The position numbers and the translations under genes were made by a program. Of a stretch of 64,000 bases of DNA, positions 53,229 to 64,000 are shown piece by piece (position 1 is the first letter of the stretch; each line of letters opens with the position of its first letter). The DNA is taken from positions 94,364,001 through 94,428,000 of the forward strand of contig NC_042998.1 in the NCBI RefSeq assembly GCF_006345805.1. The letters are read 5' to 3'. The stretch is from Octopus sinensis. Lineage: Eukaryota. The notes beneath the pieces are model-generated. The model worked only from the letters and a program-made list of their open reading frames with translations, searched no databases and was not told where the DNA came from.

Positions 53229-53552
53229 GATGGCACATGGTTCAGTGGTTAGAGAGTCGAGCTTACAATCGCGAGGTTGTGAGTTTGAATCCCGGACCAG
53301 GCTGCATGTTGTGTTCTTGTGCAAGACACTTTATTTCACGTTGCTCCAGTTCAATCAGCTGCAGAAATGAGTTGCGACGTCACAGGTATCAAGCTGTATC
53401 AGCTGTTGCCTTTCCCTTGGATAACACTGGTGGCGTGACGAGGGGAGGCCGGTATGCATGGGCGACTGTTGGTCTTCCATAAACAACCTTGCTCGGACGT
53501 GTGCCTCGGAGAGTAACTTTCTAGGTGCAATCCCATGGTCATTCATGACTGA
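53229..53552 (+). mobile_element. tRNA-derived SINE, third family (CORE-like centre)
   Basis: GGTTCAGTGGTTAG A box, GAGTTTGAATCCC B box, TTGTGCAAGACACTTTATTTCACGTTGCTCCAG centre. Confidence 0.85.
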
Positions 53553-53563
53553 AGGGGGTCTTA

Positions 53564-53595
<32 letters not shown>

Positions 53596-53614
53596 CACAC
53601 ACACACACACATAT

Positions 53615-53691
<77 letters not shown>

Positions 53692-54493
53692 CATATGTAT
53701 ACAGATAGATTGACACACATGCACACACACACACACATACATATATGTGTCTGTGTGTATCAAGATGTTAAAAGTTTTCTTTATTTTTGTTTTTTGGGAA
53801 CATTTATTAACCAAGTCTACCTTCATATATTTATTTATTCATTCATTCACATTTTTATTTATCTATTTATTTTTTTTATCTATTTTATATCACAGTTTGT
53901 GAACGATAACATTGTTGGTTACAAGTTCCAGTATACCAGTGACAAATTCGCTGCATCTCTGACATGAGAATAACAGGGAAAAGTACCTATCAGCTTTTTT
54001 GCTTCCTCAATGCAGTTTATATCCTACACCAATTAAAGATGGTGAATTAGTACAGTTGTTAAGGCCATGTATAGAATTCTCTATAGTATTTATTCTGAAT
54101 CTCTGTACTCTTAGTTCAGATCCTGCCTGTGTAATCTTTGTCTTTCATCTTATTTGGGGTTTGATGAAAACAGTTCAATTCCAGACTGTTGGGTTAGCAG
54201 AGTTGTAAGAGGTTCGGGTAAGATACTTTGTTATATCTGTACTAGCTCTTTCCATTCTGGAGCAATGTCTGCAAAAACACTGGTGTCAAGATGTATTAGC
54301 CCAAGTTGGCTACACATCAGTGACATAGAGAAGGAAAACTTGCATGCATAGGCATATATATATATATATATATATTTATATATGCCTACATTTGAAATGG
54401 TAACCACGAGTGTAATGGGTAGAACTGTTTACAAGTCTGACTTTGTGCGGACGTCCTAGTATGCAGTCCTGCAAATTATATTCATCTGGACGG

Positions 54494-54565
54494 TCGCACC
54501 GATGATCTACAGACATTTATGTAAGTAAAATTACGTAATATGTTAATAGTGAAACATGTATGCGA
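54494..54565 (+). ncRNA. Hammerhead motif in a probable solo pLTR (about 54385-54830); U4C and U10.1-U11.1
   Basis: UCGCA CCGAUGA U CUA...[GACAU/AUGUU and UUAUGUAA/UUACGUAA hairpin]...UAG U GAAAC AU GUA^UGCGA. Perfect 5 bp stem I, palindrome ACAUGU. Confidence 0.82.
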
Positions 54566-55169
54566 ATAATCCATATTTTTATTGCTTTTTCTTTTGTCGT
54601 GCTCGATTACGCTTTGGTTGTTTTGCTAAATTTTTCTTGAGAACATTTCTTAGTGGTAAGACCATAGCAGATCTATTTCTAGCATAAGGGTGTACACATA
54701 GTGGTTTACCTCTAATATGTATATGTTACAATTTTACTGAACCTTCAGTTTTTTTATATGCTAGACCACTGGTGTGAAATCGATGTTAATTAAATTAATA
54801 TCTAATTTCTCACCCTCATTTTAAATTTATATATATATATATACATATATACATACATACATACAGTATGTAAGCTGCTAATAGTTTCATGCTGTGGAAA
54901 CAATAATTAAGCAGATTTATATATCATGCCTTGTGTCTTTAAGTAATCCTTAAGGCATGAATTCACAAATATCTATATATTTATCTATCTACATACAAAC
55001 ATTCATATATGTATAACTTGTTTGAAGTGGTGTAATGATTTTATATATTAAAAGAACATGGTCAGGATTTGGATAAGAATCATTTATTTAGCACTTTCAC
55101 CCATTTAAATGATCCATCATAAATAATATTTTTATGGAATATTCATACATTTTATATCTAAAGACTCTT

Positions 55170-55497
55170 TGACTTTGAATCCGCCGGTTACGACAACGAG
55201 GGTCCCAGCTGATATGATCAACGGAACAGCTTGCTCGTGAAATTAACATGCAAATGGCTGAGCATTCCACAGACACGTGTACCCTTAACGTAGTTCTCGG
55301 GGATAATCAGTGTGACACAGAGAGTGACAAGGCTGACCCTTTGAAATACAAGTACAACTCATTTTTGCCAGCTGAGTGGACTGGAGCAACGTGAAATAAA
55401 GTGTCTTGCTCAAGGACACAACGCGTCGCCGGGAATCGAACTCACAACCTTACGATCATGAGCCGAATGCCCTAACCACTAAGCCACGCGCCCTCAC
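55170..55497 (-). mobile_element. tRNA-derived SINE with CORE-like centre, young copy
   Basis: Minus strand GTGGCTTAGTGGTTAGGGC...GAGTTCGATTCCCGG...TGTGTCCTTGAGCAAGACACTTT; CpGs intact. Confidence 0.9.
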
Positions 55498-56114
55498 ACA
55501 TTTTATATATATATATATGTGAGTTAGCTGAAAAAATTCAACTCCAGATTTTTTACCACTAACTCACACATATACAAAACTATAAATTTTGTATAAAAAA
55601 TATCATTCATGATGAATTCCATAACAAGATGAAAGTGCAAAATAAATAGTTTTTAATCTAAATCTTGACTACCTCCCTTTTCCTTCTTAATATATATATT
55701 TATGTGAGTTTAAAGGGATATATTATCTGGGCAGATTCCGTGGTAGTTCTGTTGTTTACTAGGTTATGGCTAACTGCATTGATTAGTATTTAATGTCTAT
55801 GGCTACTAGGAGTTGTCACTCATACCGTAACTGTAAATTCCTCCAATGGTTAATTCCATATTCACATCGCTGGCTGGTAATATTATCCAGAGTGTATATT
55901 AACAATAACTATCATGATAAAGAATATGGAGACTGGTACATCCTCAAAATTTATTTCCTTTTATTTTACAATGTCACACAGCATATTTTTATGGTTACAA
56001 TGACCTACACATGTTTCCACATCACAGAGTATGCTTGGCTGCTTAAGAAAATGCACATATTTTGTGCAGTGGAAACACATATTGCTTATATATATGTATG
56101 TGTGTGTGTGTGTG

Positions 56115-56610
56115 TTGATCCTAACCAAGAGAAGTACCCAACCAAAAATAAACCCCTGTACTTGGCTTTTGTTGACATGGAGAGAGCCTTTGATAGGGTC
56201 TCCCACTCCATTATCTGGTGGTCAATGCAGAAACTAGGGATACAGGAGTGGTTGGTGAGAGCTGTAGAAGCCATGTGCAGGGATGTTGTCAGTCAGGTGA
56301 GGGTTAGCAAAAAGAATAGCAATGAATTCAGGGTACAAGATGAGGATCACCAAGGATCAGTCCTCAGTCTCCTTTTGTTCATCATAGTCCTCCAGGCAAT
56401 AACAGTTAGGCTGCCCCTGGGAGCTCCTCTATGCTGATGAGCTTGTTCTTATGGCTGAATCACTACCAGAACTAGAGAAGACATTTCAGGTGTGTAAGCA
56501 AGGCCTAGAATCAAAAAACCTTAGAGTTAATTTAGCAAAAACCAAAGTCTTTGTAAGTAGGAAAGTGAACAAATTGCAAATCCCTTCAGGTAGATAACCC
56601 TGCTTGATAT
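56115..56610 (+). pseudogene. RTE LINE reverse transcriptase fragment
   Basis: KPLYLAFVDMERAFDRV, HQGSVLSLLLFIIVL, LYADELVLMAES, LRVNLAKTKV. Confidence 0.9.
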
Positions 56611-58700
56611 GTAGAAATGAAATAGTGGGGGATTAGCAGAGTCATTAAAGTGAATGGAATGCTTTGCAGTATGTGTTCTGACACTCCATTCTCTGGGTTC
56701 AAGTACTGTTAAAATTGTTTTTTGTATTTTTTATCATTTCAGTGTCCTTAGATAAAGACAAATCAAACACTGAAGTAAATTCCTCTTCTCTGTCTTTTTC
56801 TCTTTGAAAAAAAATTGGTCGCTTTCTGAACTGCTTGAAGTATGGACTCTACTAGCATCATACAAAATGCCCAAGACACTTTGTATGTCAGAACAGCATT
56901 CTAACAACTCTGTAAGGAGTTAAGAGCACCACCATTATTTGTATAATTTGTGCACACATGCACAAATACAAGCATACACACATGCATACATTGTATGGAT
57001 GTTTGTATGTATGGAGAGAAAGACAGACAAACAAAAATTGTTATGGTGTTGTTTCCGTTTAATGCTTTCAAAGAACTAAATACATGAAACTAGTATTTAT
57101 TTTATTTTATTCATTCAAAATTGAAATGATTTAATGCTTTTTACTAGAGTTTCTCAGTGCAAATGATATGATCTTCAGATAGCTTAAAACTGCTATATTT
57201 TGAAAAATGTTAAAAAATGATAATGTTCTTTGTTTCAATGGTTAGAAATTTCTTTATTTAGTGTTTGTGAATATATTTGAAATTATCAACTAGAATTCCA
57301 AGTTTTATTTTCAAAGTCTAAAATAAATTTGTAACCCTTTCTCAGTCCAAGTATGCAACATAATTTTAACAAATCTATTACTGTTATCTTATTTACTTAG
57401 TCAATACTTTTGAGAAAGGTATGAATGTCATAACCTCTACTCTACTATGTAGATCTTTGAGCCAATAAGCATAATCACTCATTCATAGGTCTTTCTGATA
57501 ACAAAGAGTCAAGTAATTGACCTCATTTATCTGAGCTTTGGGTTCAAATACTGCCACAGTTGACTTTGCATTTCCTCTTTCCTGGGTAGTGACATAGCTA
57601 ACGTGTTTTCCACTTAGGGCAACCCTTGAGTTTGCTGCCCTCCCTCCCGTCATTTTGTTTGCCACTTACACAGGCTTATGCAGCAGATCCTGAATATGAC
57701 TTTAATGGGGCCCTGGTACAGGAGTTCCAGGGTTTTGAGGAATGTGGAACCACCTCTTAACTATTATTGTTCTATGGTCTACTCTGACATAGAATAGTAG
57801 CAACTGTTAGGGTTCCAGCTAAGGGTTAACTAGCAGAAGAACAATTGGGAGTGAAGGACCCTTAGTTCTCATTAGAACTTCCTTCTTGAAAGTAAACTCC
57901 TATAAAAAAACCTGAAATGCAGTCAGTTTCTGGTCGTTTCAACTTCTTTTGTACTCCTGGTGTTATAGCTGATTGCACTGAAAAGAGAGTCGATACTGTG
58001 CAACACTTCACCCACTCAACGCAAATTCATGCTCAGCAACTTCTTGAACTCTCCAAATATTTGCATGGTCTTACTGAATTTAGGAACTGGACTTACTCAG
58101 TCACAAGTTGACTTCCACCACCATAGCAGACCCAAAAGTGCTGCCCCTTAAAAACATCACCTGAGGTGGACTACCTTCTCCTCTCTAGCTGCACTTCTAT
58201 TCCAGCATTGATAAATAAAATGCCAGTCATGTGCTGCTAAGAGTGATTCTTCCCTTTCTCTCCCTATCCCTTCCTCCCTCCCACCATCCCTCCCTCCTCT
58301 CCCCTCTCCCACTTTCTCATTTTCTATCTGCTTGTCTCTCTTACTGAAACGACAACTTGGCAGTGATAATACCTGGATTATCTTATGTTATATCTTCCAT
58401 AATCAGAGGTAACATATTTCATTACATATAAGACAACATGGGTATATTAAATATACTCCACCTTCAGCAGTGTATATTCAGGAAAATGTTTTTAGTACAT
58501 TAAAGCATGTAACAACTTATGGAAGGCCCAACTTTGCCTATAGGACCTGTGGTTGTTTCTTTTCAGACATTTTTTTAAAACAAATTTTGTCTTATAAGCC
58601 ATCAAATATGGTGTCCATCAAATGATTGTATATTCTGTTGCCTTCAAGGGATATGACACAGTTAAACATTGTGATACTCATACCTTTTTCAAAAATAGTA

Positions 58701-59025
58701 GTGAAGGCACGTAGCTTAGTGGTTAGAGTATTCAGCTCACAATCGTAGGGTCATGAGTTCAATTCCCAGCAATGCATTGTATTCTTGAGCAAGACACTTT
58801 ATTTCACATTGCTCCAGTCCTCCCAGCTGGCAAAAATGAGTAGTACTTGTATTTCAAAGGGCCAGCCTTGTCCCACTTCATGTCACACTGAATCTCCCTG
58901 GGAACTACGTTAAGGGTCTATGTGTCTGTGGGGTACTCAGCCACTTGTACATTAATTTCACAAGCAGGCTGTTCTGTTGATCAGATCAAGTGGAACTCTT
59001 ATCGTTGTAACCGACAGAGTGCCAG
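58701..59025 (+). mobile_element. tRNA-derived SINE, same family as 55170-55497
   Basis: Homologous head, centre and tail. Confidence 0.85.
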
Positions 59026-59769
59026 CAGTATAAGTAGTATAAATGAAGTGAAATAGCTATCATTAAGTATCCTGAAAGATGAATTACTTCATATTGCTCA
59101 CCTTATTGCCATACATCAGAGTGCTCAACAAATGTAGTGCAAATATAGTCCAAAAATTACATGTATTCAGAAACAAAATAGATTTTAGAAGCAAAAACAA
59201 GAAATGAGAGTTGTTCACTGAGCTGTGACACATTAAAATAAAATAATAAAATTATAAATCAGAAAATAAATAATGAAATAAAAAACTACAATACAGTAAT
59301 AACGCCATTAATAAGATAAAATAAAATATGGTATTAAAATAATAAATTAAAATTGAATATGATAATTACAAAATAAAATAGAATATATTCTTCTACTGGT
59401 TTCAGCTATCGGCTTTTGGCCATATTAGGGAATTTCCATGGTAATATAATAATAATAGAATTTTAGTAAAATATAAACTATGTTAATGATAAACTTAATA
59501 ATGTAAAATAACCTTTAGTAATAATATAATTAATACAATAAAATAAAATACATTAATGATAAATTAATGAAATATAATGTGGTTAGAAAGTGATAGAAAT
59601 TGTTGCCACAGACATGGTTATATGGTTAAGAAATCTACCTTGCGACCATATGTTTTTGGGTTCAGTCCCACTGTGTGACACTTTGGGCAAGTGTCTTCTG
59701 GTATAGATCCAAGCTGACTAATGCCTTGTGAGTGAATTGGATAGACAGAAGCTGTGTGGAAGCTCTCCT

Positions 59770-59800
<31 letters not shown>

Positions 59801-59906
59801 TATAAATAATGACAAAGGGTAAAATTAATTAATTAACTAGTAATCAATAATTTCACTAAGTAGAATTCGGCATGAAAAGGGACCATTTCTTGGTAAACCT
59901 AAGTAA

Positions 59907-60190
59907 TATTTAATAATTAGGGTTCAGCAAAGATTTGCTTTACCACATACCGAAGTTTAGAAATAGCAGCCAGAGAACCTTAGCTATTTCCTCTACTTTA
60001 AAAAGAAAATCAAATATCGATTAATTTTCATTATTCTTCATCTCTGCCTGCGTGGTTTGTTTTCGAGTATTTTGTTTTTGTCCGGGAATCTCTTTTTAAA
60101 GTAGAGGAAATAGCTAAGGTTCTCTGGCTGCTATTTCTAAACTTCGGTATATGGTAAAGCAAATCTTTGCTGAACCCTAATTATTAAATA
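59907..60190. repeat. 100 bp inverted repeat (59907-60006 and 60091-60190, 1 mismatch, 84 bp spacer)
   Basis: Read directly. The arm is homologous to 51846-51905 beside PLE3. No hammerhead core was resolved. Confidence 0.93.
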
Positions 60191-60298
60191 TACATATATA
60201 TAGATAGATATAGATGTACGGGTGGAGGTCGATATAATGGAAACTTTTAAACCACTATGCCGTGCTTGCACCTATATTATACATAAATACATATATAT

Positions 60299-60374
<76 letters not shown>

Positions 60375-61321
60375 GTACATATTTATACATACATATATAT
60401 ACACACATATATAGTATGCAGATGAAACCTTTATAGAGCATGTAGATAGAAGTATCAGCATGTTGGAAGCTGAAATAAAAAACTGAGAGTACGAGAGACA
60501 TGGTTAAATCCTGAGACATACTAAAGATCTTAACTAAGGAAGAAAGCATAATGGATTTTTAATTACTATATTTGTTGATTATAATTTAAATACGTACTTT
60601 TATATAAATTTATTATTCTATAATTATTATATGTGAACTAAAATCTAAAAATATTAAGAGTGATTGTTTTGTAAAATAGTTTGGTAATTAAATATTAGAG
60701 TATAGCTAGGTTAAAGATATTCTATAGTTTATTAATATTTATTATTAAGCTAAATTATATCTTCACAAATAAATACATTTTTCTATCTATTTACTCTATT
60801 TTTTTACCTTAAAATTTTAACATAATAAATGTATTGTAGGCAACTGGTCCTAATGTATTAAGTTTCAAATTTAGTTAATGGAGTTTCTTCTATAAGAAAA
60901 ATCATGATTTTATTTCTTTAAGAAATATTGTTTAATTCTATTTGCTTATTTATTTAACTATCATTGTTATCATTGTTAACCTGAAGAGTGACTATAATTT
61001 TAAATTGAATTGTTTTGCGATTAAATTTAAATTTAATTGTAATTCGAATGTAAATTGTAGCCATGAAATGTAAGTAGTTTTTTTTATTATCATATATTGT
61101 TTATTAATTTTTGTACTTTTTGTGATCTAGTTATATGTTTTAAAAAATATATTTTATTTTTTATTTATGATTTGGTTTATGTCTATCATTGTTTGAATTG
61201 CATAATGGTGGTTTTTCTCTAATTTATATATTATGTATTTATATTGTGAAATTTGAATTTTTCCCTGTAAGTTTGGAGTTATACTCCCTAATATTATTAT
61301 TATTATTATTATTATATATAC

Positions 61322-61389
<68 letters not shown>

Positions 61390-61390
61390 G

Positions 61391-61442
<52 letters not shown>

Positions 61443-61461
61443 TACACACACACAGATATAC

Positions 61462-61497
<36 letters not shown>

Positions 61498-61498
61498 G

Positions 61499-61952
61499 GG
61501 GTACTGACTAGCACTGCTTTTGCTAAAAATAAGAATTAAAACAGCTCGAAAGCCACAAAAGCAGTGTCATGATGACTGACAAAGGGAGGTAGATCCCCAG
61601 TGTACATAGTCGGATCGTGATTTCAGATTTTAATGTAAACATCTTAATCTTCATCAGTGGCTTTTAATACCTAGGGTTAAACTGCTAATAATTTGTTGTT
61701 TACACTTCTACCATTGTGAAAATCAGTACATGTTTTCAACAGTTTTTCTTATAAGACTGACAGAGGGAGTTGAGTCCTAGGTGTTAAGAGTCACTGATAA
61801 GGATTAAGATGGTCTACATCAAAATCCGAAATCGCATTCTGACCATGTATGCTGGGAACTTACCTCCCTTTGTCAGTAATTAAAACTGTGCTTTTGTGGC
61901 CTTTGAGTTGTTTTAACTCTTATTTTTAGCAAAAGCAGTGCTAGTCAGTACC
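61499..61952. repeat. Inverted repeat (arms about 175 bp, spacer about 100 bp), probable Penelope pLTR fold-back
   Basis: GTACTGACTAGCACTGCTTTTGCTAAAAATAAG is complementary to CTTATTTTTAGCAAAAGCAGTGCTAGTCAGTAC. Confidence 0.92.
61608..61661 (-). ncRNA. Hammerhead motif (left arm); mirror copy at 61790-61843 on +
   Basis: Left: CUGAUGA AGAUU...AAUCU GAAAU CACG AUC. Right: GUCA CUGAUAA GGAUU...AAUCC GAAAU CGCA UUC UGAC. The stem II base pair covaries between the arms. Confidence 0.72.
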
Positions 61953-62383
61953 TTCTCTCACTTTTGTAACCTCTGTTAATTTTGCCTTTAGGTTATAATT
62001 GCTAATAAACCACCCTTTTTAATTTGTTATATATATATATATATATGCATCAAATGAAATAAAAAACAGAACACAAAGGATGTCGCAGTACATGTGTTTC
62101 AAGCTTTATACAACAACCTATTTTTACATCAATGTATAATCGACATAACAGATGGTTTAAAGCTCTCTTCAGCCGCATGCAATTGCTATACTACAGACTT
62201 CCATCACATTATGAAATTATGAAAAAACCAAAAATGTACATTTTGTATTATCTATAATGGTGGGTATATATAAATATATATATATATAATCTGGCCAAAT
62301 GTGAGATGGCTATCATCTGATAAGATGAAGTAATCATCATATATACATGTATTTTCGTTAATATATATGTGTGTGTGTATGTT

Positions 62384-62437
<54 letters not shown>

Positions 62438-62448
62438 TATATATATAC

Positions 62449-62479
<31 letters not shown>

Positions 62480-62483
62480 TCTA

Positions 62484-62520
<37 letters not shown>

Positions 62521-62569
62521 GGATGGATGGATAGATTGTTTGAAGTGGTGAGCAAATTCAATATATTAA

Positions 62570-62950
62570 GAAAAAGAAGGTAGTCAGAGTTTTGGATAAT
62601 TGTTTATTAGCACTTTCATTTCATTCATTTCCGAAACTCATCAGATATGATTTTTTACAGAAAATTTATGCCATTTTATGTAAATCTGAAAGAAAATGTT
62701 CTTTTGTTATTTATATGTCTGTGAATATATAAATATATATGCATGGATATATATGTGCAGATGTCTTAGTGCATGTCTGCATGTGTGTGCAAGCATGTAT
62801 GTGAAGTGAAGTTTTTGGAGGTTACCACATATAGATAACAAGAAACATTCTCTTCCAGATTTATATAAAATGGCATAAATTGTCTGTAAAAAAATCATAT
62901 CTGATGAGTTTCATAAATAATTATCCAAAATTGTAACTACTTCCTTTTTT

Positions 62951-62952
<2 letters not shown>
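62570..62952. repeat. Inverted repeat (about 62570-62717 and 62827-62952), probable Penelope pLTR fold-back
   Basis: GAAACTCATCAGATATGATTTTTT is complementary to AAAAAATCATATCTGATGAGTTTC. The right arm lacks about 25 bp. Confidence 0.88.
62602..62650 (-). ncRNA. Minimal hammerhead motif with weak stem I
   Basis: UAU CUGAUGA GUUUC...GAAAU GAAAG UG CUA^AUA; stem I is only 3 bp. Confidence 0.5.
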
Positions 62953-62987
<35 letters not shown>

Positions 62988-63229
62988 TGTATGCATTTTT
63001 TCATGTTTGTGTTTTTCCCTCACTACTGCTTGTCAGCTAGTGTTAGTTTGTTTGCCTTTATAACTTAGCACTCCAACAAATGACACTAATAGAATAAGTA
63101 CCTGACTTAAAATTAAGCATTGGGTCCCTAAAGCCTTCAAGGATGTATCCCAGCATAGCCATAGTCCAATGACTTAAAAATTAAAAGATAAAGATATAAC
63201 AATAATAGAATTAATAAAATACAATAACA

Positions 63230-63459
63230 TACACTCTTTACTCTTACTCTATTAATTGTTTCAGTCATTTGACCTTGGCCATGCTAGAGCACCACCTTTA
63301 GTCAAAAAATCGACTCCAGGACTTATTCTTTGTAAGCCTAGTACTTATTCTATCGGTCTCTTTTGCCGAACTGCTAAGTTACAGGGATGTAAACACACCA
63401 GAATCGGTTGTCAGGCGATTTTGGGGGACAAATAAAGACACACAAACATATACACCCAC

Positions 63460-63490
<31 letters not shown>

Positions 63491-63670
63491 AATATATACG
63501 ACAGGCTTTTTTCAGTTTCCGTCTACCAAATCCACTCACAAGGCTTTGGTTAGCCTGAGGCTATAGTAGAAGACACTTGTCCAAGGTGCCATGCAGTGGG
63601 ACTGAACCCAGAACCATGTGGTTGGGCTCTTACTTGGCAAGCTATTTACCACACAGCCACTCCTGCACCT
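63230..63670 (-). mobile_element. tRNA-derived SINE, major family
   Basis: Reverse complement of a full head and tail. A plus-strand 3' half lies at about 63000-63200. Confidence 0.88.
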
Positions 63671-64000
63671 AATGATAAATGAATAAAATATAATTTGTTT
63701 TGAAAGTGAGAAAAAAATTTTTCATAAATTTTTGTTGGGAACTCTGTAGGACCTTGTTTTGATATAGCTAATGATTAATAAACATATTTATCTACCATTA
63801 TAAAATCCCTCTTTCTATGCTAAAGTATATCTGAGGGTAAAGAAATAAGGATTTTAGGGAGAGACTGACTATGCTAATGACCCATTCAATATTCTCATTA
63901 ACAACAACTATTGCAATTAAGCTAATGAGGGAATATATACATGGCTGCTTAACATGCTAGAAACAGCAAACAAGTTTCCCTATAAACATTTCTTATTCCT

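Noticed and set aside
55080-55135. Minus-strand AUGAUGG...GAAAGUGCUA, similar to the 62.6 kb motif
   Set aside because: The core has two substitutions and stems I and II are poor; at best a decayed relative.

Overview
AT-rich, microsatellite-dense eukaryotic DNA made almost entirely of transposon remnants. The SINE/LINE families and the (TA)n/(GATA)n/(TATG)n load are what I associate with octopus (coleoid cephalopod) genomes; this is an inference. Most ORFs in the supplied track are microsatellite translations. I found no intact host gene, only a few weak exon candidates. Supported content: decayed Tc1/mariner transposons (one nested), tRNA-derived SINEs of several families, RTE, CR1/L2-type and RLE-type LINE fragments, a 2.3 kb satellite built from an RTE 3' UTR, a non-autonomous Helitron, and a PIF1-helicase Helitron derivative duplicated across a 100-N gap (probably an assembly overlap). 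Three divergent 5'-truncated Penelope-like elements (RT C-terminus and/or GIY-YIG) cluster at 45.2-51.7 kb. The most notable pattern is at the RNA level. Eight unrelated 280-560 bp palindromes lie in the window and six carry a minimal hammerhead ribozyme motif. In five of these the motif sits in the arms and always points outward from the centre. Three further hammerheads lie outside palindromes. Several show recurring non-canonical cores (U10.1-U11.1, U3-A8/A3-U8, U4C). All RNA folds were derived by eye and none has been computed or tested. Boundaries of old repeats are approximate.
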